From assembly GCA_043228905.1 (NCBI GenBank), contig JBHGNT010000009.1:9920001-9984000 (forward strand): a stretch of DNA of 64,000 bases, given 5' to 3'. The translations under genes were made by a program, and so were the position numbers. Each line of letters starts with the position of its first letter. Positions within the stretch are counted from its first letter, which is position 1. Source of the DNA: Azolla caroliniana. Lineage: Eukaryota > Plantae > Polypodiophyta. The notes under the pieces were generated by a model. It had not been told where the DNA came from, searched no databases, and saw only the letters and a program-made list of their open reading frames with translations. Shown here in pieces: positions 1 to 11,847 of this stretch.

Positions 1-3
1 TAG

Positions 4-1216
4 AACGTGTGAAATATGAGAAGAGAATGACCAAAGGGAAGGAAATGGAACTGCCCGAGGATTCGGAGACTGTAAAGAGTTTTTTGCATAGGTCCGATCC
101 TTTCAAACAGCTTCATTATAGTGTTTTCAATGGCGAAGTATCCCAGATGCTCGAACTGTTACCAAAAAGGCACTACACTTTGTTGATAGCTGACATACCA
201 TATGGTTTCCGTATTGCGGGATCAACATATGATGATGTGCCTTTCAAGTACCCTCAGATCGAGAAAATGGTAAAGGATTTCGCAGAACTGACATTGGCCC
301 CCTTGTGGAGGATAGTCATATTTCATAGCATGGGGCAATCACTATCAGTCACAACAGCTTTGAAGTCCCGTTGTCATGCCACTGAACACATGCATTGGTG
401 CGTTATAGTTCGCTTTTACTCATTACAGTACTTCTTATTATATGTACACATTTACACCTCTAATACTTGATTTTCTTTCTCTATAGGATCAAAACAAATA
501 TTGCACGTAGCCCTGGCGATCGAATGGTTAGTGCGGTCGAACATTTTTGTGTGGGCTACTATGATTCAATTACAAAGAAGAAGGCTAGAGCACATGTCAA
601 TGAGCGTAACGTGGTTAACTACATCATGTGCCCAGCTGTAACCAAAAAATTAAGACATGTGTCAGGGGATAAAAGTATGGTGAACCCTTATCAAAAACCT
701 CAAAGATTGATCAACCGCCTCATAGAGCTCTTCTTGAATCCAGATGATTGGGTCCTAGACTTGTTCTCTGGCACAGGTATAATATATATATTTAATTTCA
801 ATCTTGTCGATCAAGTTTAAGACGTTACTTCTTATATATACTTGTTTGTGTTCATGCGACCATTAGGTACAACGACAGCTTGTGCATTGAAGATGTTTAG
901 AAACTGTGTTGCATTGGAGAAGGACCCTACTCAAGTTAACTTCATCAAAATGAGGATCACAGGAATCTGGGACTGTCCAGATCAGGATCAAGAAGTCGGA
1001 GCAAAACACATCAACGAGACAGAGATGTTCCAGATGACTTCACGAGAACCAATGGAACCAATTGATGAAGAAGCAGGGGAGCTGGTGGACCTGGAAGATG
1101 TAGCACAGTTTGACCATACATCAGATTCGGGAGAGCTTGGAGATGACACGAATGAAAACAGTCTAGAACAATCAGCGCCAGAGGAACCTGCTCTGCCTAA
1201 TTTGCTTATAGATTGA
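4..1216 (+). CDS. Spliced beta-class amino (N4-C/N6-A) DNA methyltransferase-like gene, 5' partial; exons <=4-397, 487-776, 867-1216
   Basis: Intron 398-486 (TG|GTGCGT...CTATAG|G) restores H-W-I-K-T-N. Intron 777-866 (G|GTATAA...CATTAG|GT) restores DLFSGTGTTTACA. Motifs in order: catalytic ADIPY (192-203), WxKxN, NPYQKPxxLIxRLI, VLDLFSGTGTT, ALEKD, then an acidic tail. About 343 codons without a stop; AG at 2-3 may be another acceptor. Confidence 0.88.
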
Positions 1217-1979
1217 TGTAGATGGCATAATGTAAAAATTGAGGATTTTGAGGCATAATGTTCACCATCACTTCATATTATATTTGTATATGAGAACATC
1301 TGTAATTGTTTATCGTTTAATTAAATTCACCTGTTCATAATTTCCCTTTTTAATCATTATTGGAACCGTAGTTTGTATTTACATATAATTGGTCACCATG
1401 CTCTTCTTCAGTTTGAGATATTAACATGATATTGTAATTTCTCATTTCCGTTAGCATGACTGTATATGAAAAGGCGAATGTTTTTGATAATAAGAGGTTT
1501 TTAGTTACCTACGGTTCAAGTCTACTGGTTCCACATAGTATAAATGAATGTCGTACGTAATTGTTACTCTTACCAATTACATTGTCATGAACTATATGAC
1601 ATTATACAATGAAACTATCGATATACCCGTCCAACAAGTGGGGTACTACTTTATTCCTAAACCCAAAACCACATATTTATAATTACGGTTTATGTAGTTT
1701 TACTCTACAATTTGAATATGGATACCAATTTTAGAACTTTATATTGAACCAAGTCTTCAATTGTGCTCCATGATATGCAAATTGACACGAATGTGGACAC
1801 ATATACAATTTAGTAATTGCTAGGTTTTTTTTGTTCTATATTTAACCATCAAGTCGCAAAAGGGGTACGCATGCATCGTATATTTTCGATATCAGGATAA
1901 AATAGGGTACTTTTCTACATCTGGCCAACTATGCCAAAAGAGAATATGACATATTACCTGTTTCAAATGACCCGGTGTT

Positions 1980-4900
1980 CTTACCCCGGACCGGAAATGC
2001 TTCTCATCCTACTCAGCCGGTGATCACGGTTGTGTCCAGATGGGGAATGAAGGTACATGCCGGATTGTCAGCATAGGAGACGTGTGGTTGACAACACCAA
2101 CCGAATGCAAGCTGCTGCTGAAGGATGTCCGACACGTTCCGGAGGTTCGTCTGAACCTGATATCAGTCGGTCGGCTAGATGATGAAGGCTACACGGGTAG
2201 CATCCGGAACGGTGTTATGAAGTTCAGCAAAGGGAGCCTAATTGTGGCTCGGGCCTGGAAGGTCAACACGTTGTACTTGATGAATGCCCGGTTATGCCCG
2301 GGAGAAGTGAACGTGGCATTCGACACTGCCGGTGAGATGTGGCACAAGAGGCTGTGTCACATGAGCGAGAAGGGGATGAAGAGGCTTGCAGATAACAACC
2401 TCATTCTAGTGAAGAACATGCACTTGGAGAAGTGCACTAATTGTCTGGCCGGTAAACAGAACCGGACCTCCTTCCGATCGAGGCCACCGATGAGACATAA
2501 TGCACCACTGGAGTTGGTGTATACTGATGTATGTCAAATGGACACAAAGTCACATTCCAGATCGCAGTACTTCGTGACGTTCATAGATGACCACAACCAA
2601 AAGTTGTGGACCACACCGTTGAAGACGAAGGATCAGATGTTATCCGTCTTCAAAGAGCTCCACACGAGAGTGGAAAGAGAAATCGGCCGGAAGTTGAAGG
2701 CGGTTCGAGCAGATAACGAAGGTGAATACCGAGGGCAGTTCGAGGAGTATTGTCGCTCGAAGGGAATCCGGCTCGAATTTACTGTGCCGAAGTCACCGGA
2801 ACTAAACGGGCTGGCCGAGAGGATGAACCGGACCATAATGGAGAGGGTCCGGAGTATGTTGGCACATGCAAAACTACCCAAGAAGTTTTGGGTTGAGTCA
2901 CTGTCGACGACGACATATGTGATAAACAGATCACCCTCAGTACCCTTGGACGGAGACACGCCACAGAGAGTCTAGACCGGTAAGGAAGTGTCCTAGTGGC
3001 ATCTAAAGGTATTCGGGTGTCTTGCGTATGTGCATGTAGCTAAGGACCGGAGAAGAAAACTAGATCCGAAGACCAAGGCATGCATATTCTTCAGTTACGG
3101 TGATGATGAATTTGGCTACCGAGTCTAGGACCTGGTCGACAAGAAGGTATTCCGGAGTCATGATATTATCTTCATGGAGGACAAGACGCTCGCCGACTGG
3201 GAGTTGGAGAAGAAGATAATGAACTCCGTGTCGACAGGTAAGGATCGATTCTACGATGAGCAGACCCAACCGGCAAGAGACCGGTTAGCACTCGAGGAAC
3301 CAGCCGATTACGGTGAGGATACCGAACCGATAGAAGAAGAAGTAGAGGAAACTAAAACCGGAACCAGCCAAGACCCCGAATCGGATTCGGATGAAAAGAA
3401 AATGGAGGAGCCGGTTACCGAAGCCCAAAGACGGAGATATCCTCTCAGAGAGAGAATGGCCCCCCGGAGATTTCCGGATGCAGAGCAAGTGCTGCTAACC
3501 GATGAGGGGGAGCCAGAAAGCTTCGAAGAAGCGAAGGATGACACCCACAGCCGCAAATGGTTAAATGCCATGCAGGATGAGATGGATTCCCTGCACGAGA
3601 ACCATACGTACGAATTGGTGGAGTTGCCGAAAGGAAAGCGGGCACTCCGAAACAAGTGGGTGTACAAGTTGAAACCGGGAGATTTCGGCAACCCCCCAAG
3701 ATACAAAGCCAGGATCGTGGTGAAGGGTTTCCAGCAAAATAATGGCGTGGACTTCGACGAGATATTTGCCCCGGTAGTAAAGATGACCTCCATTCGGACG
3801 GTGCTGAGTATAGCGGCAAGCATGGACCTCGAGGTAGAGCAGCTAGACGTGAAGACGGAATTCCTTCAGGGTGACCTCGAAGAGGAGATCTACATGCAGC
3901 AACTGGAAGGAATCGTGGAGAAAGGGAAGGAGCACCTGGTTTACAGGTTGAAGAAGAGCATATACGGACTGAAGCAAGCTCCCCGACAATGGTACCGGAA
4001 GTTCGATTCCTTCATGACCGATCAAGGGTACCATAAGACGCAGGCCGATCACTGCGTGTTTGTGAAGAAGTTTGAAGGAGGCGACTTCCTGATACTCCTT
4101 CTGTACGTGGACGACATGTTGATCGTCGGACGGAACCAAGCCAGAATATGGATGCTGAAGAAGGCTCTCAACCGAACTTTCACGATGAAAGACTTGGTTC
4201 CTGCAAGACAGATGTTGGGGATGCATATCATCCAGAACCGGCCAACAAAGCAACTGTGGCTATCACAGGAGAAATACGTGACAAAGGTTCTTCAGCAGTT
4301 CAACATGTTAGGAGCGAAACCGGTCAGATCGACACTCCCGGCAAATTGCAGATTATCCGGTAAGCAAAGCCCGAAGACGAAAGCAGAGAAGGCTGATATG
4401 ATGAAGGTTCCATATGCCTCTGCCGTCGGGAGCTTAATGTACGCAATGGTGTGTACCCGACCGGATATAGGATACGCAGTCGGAGTGGTGAGCGAATTTA
4501 TGAGTAATCCCGGCAAGGAGCACTGGAACGCGGTCAAATGGATACTCCGGTACTTGAAGGGCACTTCAAATATGTGTCTCCGATTCGGCTCCGGAAAACC
4601 TCAACTAGACGGTTATACCGATTCGGACATGTCGGCTAATGTGGATACTAGCCGGTCTACATTCGGGTATGTAATGACATATGTAGGGGGACCCGTTTCG
4701 TGGCAGTCGAGGCTGCAGAAGACGGTTGCGTTGTCAACCACGGACGTGGAGTACATGGTGGCTGTGGAAGCCGGCAAGGAAATATTATGGATGAAGGACT
4801 TCATCGGAGAGCTCGGTATCCGGCAAGATGAATACTGGCTCTATTGCGACAGTCAAAGTGCCATCCACCTTGCTAAGAATGCAGCCTACCATTCGCAGAC

Positions 4901-5081
4901 GAAGCATATCCAGCAAAGGTATCACTGGATCCAGGAAAGAGTAGATGACCAGGATTTCGCGCTGACAAAGATCCACATGGCCGAGAACGGGTCAGATATG
5001 CTGAGCAAAGAACTGATACCCGACAAGCTGGATGCATGCCGGAAGCGGATTAGACTAGTAAGACATCCCATGCCGGAGTGA
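1980..5081 (+). pseudogene. Copia pol with premature stops (ORFs 2040-2975 and 3174-5081 in one frame)
   Basis: Same reading frame interrupted by TAG codons, e.g. 2973 and 3126 where TGG is expected. Confidence 0.88.
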
Positions 5082-5091
5082 AGGGGGAGTT

Positions 5092-5764
5092 TGTTAGGAA
5101 ACAGGTCCCTCCGGATGGGAAGTGAGAAGAACAATACTGATGAGCAAAAGATCCGGATGTGGAGTACCCGGCTACGGAAGACCTGGTGAGAACCGGATGA
5201 CGAGTACCCGGCTACGGAAGACTCGGTGAGAACCGGATGACGAGCACCCGGCAAGAGCTGGATGGTGAAGGCCCGGTGAGAAGTGCTCACCGGATGAAGG
5301 GACATATTCATAAATATGTTTTCTGAGAGTCCTTTGGGGCTATGTTTGTAAATAGCTGAAAAGTCATATTAGTGTAAATATGACTTAGGGCAAACTTAGA
5401 GGAGGTTCATGTTGTAGTTGTTGTCATTCTTGTTGGCGCAAGATTAGAGCGCAACAGTGTACAGAGAGAGAGAGAGAGAGAAAGAGACGAAGAGTTCGTA
5501 TCTCTGTTGTAACCGTCGCCTGTGGCGAAGACAGTAAACAAGAGGTCGTTGCCTCTGTGTTCATCTATTGTATACTGTTACATAGTGAAAGTTAGCAGTC
5601 AGTGGACTGCCGTGGTTTTTTCCCGTGTTTGGGTTTTTCCAAGTAAACATCCCGTGTACTCTTCTCTCCATTGTGTCGTGCATTCATTCCCGGTTTTTTC
5701 TGTGTTTGATTCTAAGCTTGGTTGTGGCCGAGCGTTGTTCATCAGGAGCGTGTAGTTCCTGATA
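5092..5764 (+). repeat. Copia family A 3' LTR
   Basis: Homologous to the reverse complement of 55296-56005 and of 12480-12747 plus 29549-29768; contains ~39-bp tandem repeats. Confidence 0.85.
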
Positions 5765-5869
5765 GTTACACTAAGTTCTGGACACCGATCCGGCTCTCCA
5801 TTCCGGACACCCATCTGGCTCTTGGCTTATTCAGCCAATCCGGATCATGTTGCGGTTGCTCGCTCAACA
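5765..5869 (-). repeat. 5' end of a Copia family B-like LTR (the apparent target of the family A insertion)
   Basis: Ends CTCGCTCAACA, i.e. TGTTGAGCGAG on the minus strand, like the family B LTR start at 6512. Confidence 0.6.
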
Positions 5870-6511
5870 CAATAGTACAAGAAGTTCGAGTCCTCCATGC
5901 AGGAACATGGGTTCCACAAAACACAAGCATATCACTATGTGTTCGTCAAAAGGTACGATGAAGGTGACTTCTTGATTCTCTTATTATATGTGGATGGCAT
6001 GTTGATAGTTGAACAAGAAATGAAGAGGATCATGAGCCTGAAGAAAGCATTAGGCAAATCATTTGCCACCAAATATCTTGGACCGGCCAAACAGATATTG
6101 GGGATGCACATAGTTCGAGACAGAATTAAGAAAGTGCCATGGGTGTGTCACAAAAGAAGTATGTGGCAAAGGTCCTTGCAAGATTCAACATGTCAGAAGC
6201 AAAGCCGGTCGGTTCGGCATTGGCAACAAACTACAAGCTTAATGATAAGCAATGGCCGAAGAGCGAGAAGGAGAAGGCCGAGATGGGGAAAGTACCATAT
6301 GCTTTGGCCATCGGCAATTTAATATAAGTGATGGTCTATACGAGACCAAACATAGCATTTATTGTGGGGGCAATAAGCCGATACATGAGTAATCTAGGCA
6401 AAGAACATTGGGTAGTCGTGAAGTGGATACTCAGGTACTTAAAAGGCACCTCGGGGGTATGCCTTAGGTATGTTTTCAGAAAACCTATGCTCTAAGGGTT
6501 TACTGACTCGG
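5870..6511 (+). pseudogene. Degraded Copia RT fragment
   Basis: GFHKTQAYHYVFVKRY...LLYVDGML...VPYALAIGNL, with frameshifts. Confidence 0.8.
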
Positions 6512-9500
6512 TGTTGAGCGGGCAAGCTCAACCGGATCTAGATCGGTTGAATAAGCCAGAGCCGGATTAATATCCAGAACGGAGAATCGGATCGGTGTCC
6601 AGATATATCGGTATCTGGAACCTAGAACCGGACCGGAGAACCAGATCATACTCTGGAATAGTGAGAACCGGTAGGCCGTTGGAGCCTATGGTACGAGCCT
6701 AGTATGTATGCATATTCCTTGGAGTTAGTGTCAGTCGCTTGTATGAGCATTGAAGTACATGTCAGTACTTCTATCAATCCTTTTATGGACTTGTATAAAA
6801 AGTGTTCTGTAGGACATTTGTATGTACAAAGTGTTATTATTTTGAATTGAGTTTATGTTATTCTGCTCTCTCTGTCTCTCCCATCTACTGTGTATTTTTA
6901 AGCTTCCATTAAACCTTCATTTTTGTTCTATTGTTGTTATCCAGTTGAGCCAGTTTATCTAAGCTTCCGCATATTAACTTTTACATGGTATCAGAGCGCA
7001 AAGGGTTGAGAATCCTTTGTTGTCGACGAGTGATGCTCACAGACAAACCCTAACACCAGGTAAAGAACCGAAAGGAAGATATGGATAGAAGTATGGCGAG
7101 CTCGCTTCCAACAGAAAAGCTCGACCGGAGCAACTATGCATCCTGGTCATATAAAATGCACCAGTACCTGTTGGGTCATGGATACTGGAGCTACGTGGAA
7201 GGAGCAAAGGAAGCAGCGCCGGATTCGGCACTCAAGGATTTCCCGGTATGGGAGCAAGGAGTGAGCAGGGTGTTGTACTGCCTCGCATCTTGTGTGCATG
7301 ACCAGATGCTTGGCTATATCAGAGATGCAAAGTCACTGACGGAGCCCTGGGAAAATCTCCGGAAGATTTTTTCCACAAGTGCCACGGCTCGGAAGTTGCA
7401 GCTCCGGCAAGAGCTCAATAGTATCCGCCAATGGGACATGTCGGTCACCAACTACACCACAAAGATCAAGGAGATCTGCAACATGCTCAGGTCCATCAAC
7501 GTGACAGTGGACGAAGACGAGATGGTCTAGATCTACCTCGGTGGTCTCGCACACTAGTACGGGCCAATACAGACGGCAATTTGCACCCAAGAGAAGCCAC
7601 CGTCCTTCATCAACCGGCAATCGATGCTCATGGTCGAAGAAAACCACGCGAGTGGGTCAAGGGCCACTCAAACGGACAGTCGGATGTTGTACACGGAGGC
7701 GGATTGGCCCCGTGGGTTGGCACGCAATAGCAACAGCCGGCAAGAGCAGAACCGGAGGCATATAGATAGTGCCGACAGTAGTTCCGAGCCCTCCACAAGC
7801 AGGGGGAGTTCAAAGCAGCGGCAATAACCAGCAATGAAAGACCGAAACGGAATGCTGGTAGTGTGGGCAGAAGGGCTATAGAGAAAGCGAGTGCTGGAAG
7901 AAGCGTGCCGATTTGGATAAATCCAGATCCGGCATGGTTGAACAAGGGAACCGACAAAGCTCACACTACACAGAAGGATTGGAAGGATCCGGAACCAGAA
8001 AAGGGCCAGCCTTCGTGATGAAGCATAAGGTGAACTCAATGAAGAAGACCATTTCCGGATCGAGGGAAGTGTGGTACGTTGACCCCGGAGCATCTAACCA
8101 TATGACGAGCCATGAAAAGTGGTTCTTGTTTCTAGAAAAGCTAGGGCAACCGAGAGTTGTCAAAACCGGAGACGACACTCCTCACCCGATAGTGCATGTC
8201 GGTGGAGTCCCCTTGAGTCATGTCGAACAACAAGGGAAGATTACGAACATGCTTCATGTCCCAAAAATCACAAAGAACCTAGTGTCGATCAGGCAAATCG
8301 TTAACCAGGGCATGCAGGTGTGGTTTACGCATCATGAGTGCATCATTGAGGAAGAGGGCTACATCATCGTGCAAGGGCACCAGGACGGGAGGATGTTCAT
8401 GTCCCAAAAATCACAAAGAACCTGGTGTCGGTCGGGTAGATTGTTGACCAGGGAATGCAGATGTGGTTTACGCATCTTGAGTGCATCATTGAGGAAGAGG
8501 GCTAGATCATCGTGCAAGGGCGCCGGGACGGGAGGATGTTCATCCTCGATACCAACGATGTAGGCATCTCCTTGTTCGCAAAAGACATAAAGTCAAGTCA
8601 GATATCGACTTGTGGCACAAGAGGATCAGCTATGTCAACTATCAAAGGCTTCAAGACCTGCAATTGAAACAGGTTGTTTTTGAATTACCCAAATTCAGTG
8701 GCCGGAAGGCCCAAATTTGTGAAGCACGCCAGCTCAGAAGCAATACTGGCTTCTATTCCCCACTACAAGAAACCGGACCCGTAACAAGCTCGACTTGATA
8801 CATTCGGATGTATGGGGACCGGCATAGAATGTTAGTCTTGGGGGGAGCCGATATTTCGTCTCCTTTATCAACGACTACAACCGGCACACGTGGATATAGC
8901 TCATTGAGACAAAAGGCGAAGTTTTCGACTCTTTCTGGAACCTACAAAATCTTGTCGAGAGGGAAACAGAGAGAATGATCAAGTGCCTAAACTGGATCAG
9001 GGATAAGGTGTTAGCACATGAACTACATTTCAGACGGAAGCCGAATTTGAGGCATCTTAGGATATTCTACAGAATTGCATATGTGCATGTGCCGGATGAG
9101 AAGCGGGGAAAGTTAGACTAGAAATCAGAGAAGTGTATCCTTGTCGGCCACTCACATGAGCAAAAGGGTTATAACTGCTATAACCACCTAACAAAACAAG
9201 TTCGAGTAAGCCGAGTTATTGAATCTGATGAGTCGGCATCATGGTACTCTCTACCGACTCCAACTCCCGACTGCGACGATTCTGAAAGATGAGGCCAATG
9301 AGCCGGAAACAATCCAGGCATAAGAAGAAGAAGACCTCAGTACTCTTGATGAGAGTCCAATTTCATTTTGGTTGAGCGGGCCGAACGAGCGACTGAGTCG
9401 GAACGACCAGTCAGATGAAGAGTTTGCGCGTAGTGGAGACTCAGCCATGCTGTCCCCGCGAAAGGAACCGAAGAGACGGTTCACATGCAAAGAGATGGGG

Positions 9501-9895
9501 AAGAAGAAGATGTTGGAATATGACACCGGCAGAGACGAGTCAGATCGGAGCGAATCCGACTCTGGACAGAACGAAGACGAACCTTTGGAGACGAAGTCCA
9601 AGCCGGCCAAGAGGGCCTTAAAATGGTTACGCTGATCCACCCGCCAGAAAAACCCCATGCAGTGGTATGGTTATAACGAGTACATGGCGCATCACTATGC
9701 ATACATGACGAAAGTGGCAGAAGTGCGTGAGTCGAAGAGCTACGCAAAAGTGGCAAAATACGCACAATGGCATGCCACTGTGGAGGAAGAGATGCAGGCA
9801 CTTTATCCCAACGACACATAAGACTTGGTTGACCCTCCCTGACATTGAAAAATGATAGGTTGCAAGTGGGTGTACAAGGTAAAGTATAACGTTGA

Positions 9896-11847
9896 TGTTG
9901 TCCGTTGGAATAGTAACTGACAAACAGAAGCGCAGAAATATTAGAATATAGTAAAAGCGTAAGAAACGCATGTAACGGTATCGTGAAGATCTGTCACTAC
10001 GCGCGGATTGTGAGGCGGAACTGCCAGGGTTCTGGACCAGAAGGACTTGAAGTTGGCGCAAGCTTTAGCGAGAAAGTACTTAAAGCTAGATTGAAAGAGA
10101 GAGAGATCTTGAGATAGAATACAACGCTTGACTTTAGATTGAGAGAGATTAAGATTGAACTCTTGATTTTAGATTTTAAGAAACAAGTTACATGATCAAT
10201 TCGATAACGAATTCTCTTCTTCTTAATTTCATAACCAAAAAAAGCCTAACCCTTCTTTTATAGATGCTCTCATGCATATGATGCATGTGAGGGTACAAGA
10301 CATGCATAAAATGCATGTTTGCCATTTGGCGCTCATGTATTACATGTGGTGCATGATAACCATGTCACTCAGTTTAGCTCTCATGTATGAGAATTTACAT
10401 GTAAAAGTACAATGATAGAAATATAAATTCAACTAAATGTCATGGCTTAGTAGTAAGCCTATTGACTCTTAACTAGGAGGTGCAAGGTTCAAATCCTCAC
10501 TTGCCCTCCTTGTGTATGTTATATATATATATATATATATATATTAATTTGGTCGTCAGATGCCGGATGCCGGTTGCCGTCGATTACTGGATGACGCTAG
10601 TTCGCCGGATGCCGTCACCAGCCCGTCGGATGCCGATTCCGCCGGATCTGCCGCCGCCTCGCCAGCTCTGTCGGATGTCGATACCGCCGAATCACTGATC
10701 GCCAGTTATCGTCCAGTTCCGTTTTGGTTGGCCAAAACCTTTACGAGTGGCTAGGCCACCTCCACTCTTAGTTCAAGTTACCTTGAACTCTCTATGCTCC
10801 ACATATAGACACAATGATAATAGCTTTTGCTCTACCTTATATATGATCAAAGCCGTATTTGTCGTGCCTATGTGGGATATCTCACAGTTTTCTCTTTTCC
10901 TTTCACAAACTTTATACCCTCATATCTTGACATCTAGTTGTCCGTTTCTCGTGTAATAAAGTGCATTCGAAAGTTCTTGAAGACCTCCATCATTTTGTAC
11001 TTAGATATTAAAATTATTTAAAATTTTATCTTCACTATTATTGTTTTATGTGATTCATACTCGATTTTGTACGTTTTATGTGATTTTCACACCATTGCCG
11101 AAAATCTTCACGACAACGGTTCACGCGAGAAGCATGAACGGCTAAAAGACCATGTGTATATAAAGGGTAGAAATCCTCTGTAAGAGGTAGCGTGTAATTT
11201 TGGTGCATAGAGCATTATTCTAATAGAATACTATCTTCTTTGATTTTTGGGCATATTTGTGGTTTTATCTACTGTATCCTTTGTTCTCTATGGCGGACTG
11301 TAATCATAAAGTTGTAGGCGTAAGTGCGGATACTAAGCACACTTTTTAAGGAGTTCAGTTGTAGCCATCTCCCTTATACACTACTAGGATGCGGGAAAGT
11401 ATTCCATTACGTATTACGGTATGACGGTACCATTCCTTGCAATGCAGTCACCTTGAGGTCTGGGTCGAAGGACTAACCGTAGACAATGTTCCTAATCGGT
11501 AACATGTTTGGCACGCTTGGTGATCTGTGTCTTCTTGCAGACGAACATCGACGAATGGATGTTTAGCTGTAGATGTCCCAGAGAACCAACACGACAAGAC
11601 CAACCAATCACAAGGTCCATCACACGCCAGGTAGAGGAACGCGCAAGGCAAAAACCTCACCTCGGTGACTCTCAGTGATATCTGTCAGGACCACACAGTC
11701 GACTTCCCACTCACCAAATACCCCGGCGAGACGTAGGAAGTTCCATCACCACACAAGAACTGTGGGATTCCCTTGCCCGTCGTAGCGTCCAGCATGGCCT
11801 TCTCCTATCCCCGCTTCAATGGCGAAACAGACGTCGTTGGCCTGCAA
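9896..11847. mobile_element. Unclassified composite insert: LTR-like sequence, tRNA-derived head, (TA)n, gag-like remnant
   Basis: Interrupts Copia B RT. 10250-10365 is homologous (inverted) to 44720-44860. TATA-like TATATAAAG near 11155. MAFSYPRFNGETD near 11794 resembles Gypsy gag. Confidence 0.45.
10436..10506 (+). other. tRNA(Lys-CTT)-like pseudogene or SINE head
   Basis: A-box-like TGGCTTAGTAGT (10443), anticodon-arm-like GACTCTTAA, B-box GGTTCAAATCC (10486-10496); acceptor stem degraded. Confidence 0.55.

Larger units (their letters stand above)
1978..5764 (+). mobile_element. Ty1/Copia LTR retrotransposon family A, 3' part (PR remnant-IN-RT-RH-PPT-3'LTR)
   Basis: WHKRLCH/CxxC zinc motif, integrase core (TFIDD, NGLAERMN), RT (YKARIVVKG, LYVDDML), RNase H. 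PPT AAGGGGGAG at 5081-5089. LTR starts TGTTAGG at 5092. Confidence 0.93.

Noticed and set aside
9-1216. Three separate small proteins, or a bacterial contaminant
   Set aside because: GT-AG introns join them into one gene, and the sequence is contiguous with plant retroelements.
5160-5285. CRISPR-like repeats (also 27630-27710 and 55760-55910)
   Set aside because: Direct tandem repeats without unique spacers, inside LTRs or gag; no cas genes; eukaryotic context.
10436-10506. Functional tRNA gene
   Set aside because: Acceptor and D stems do not pair properly.
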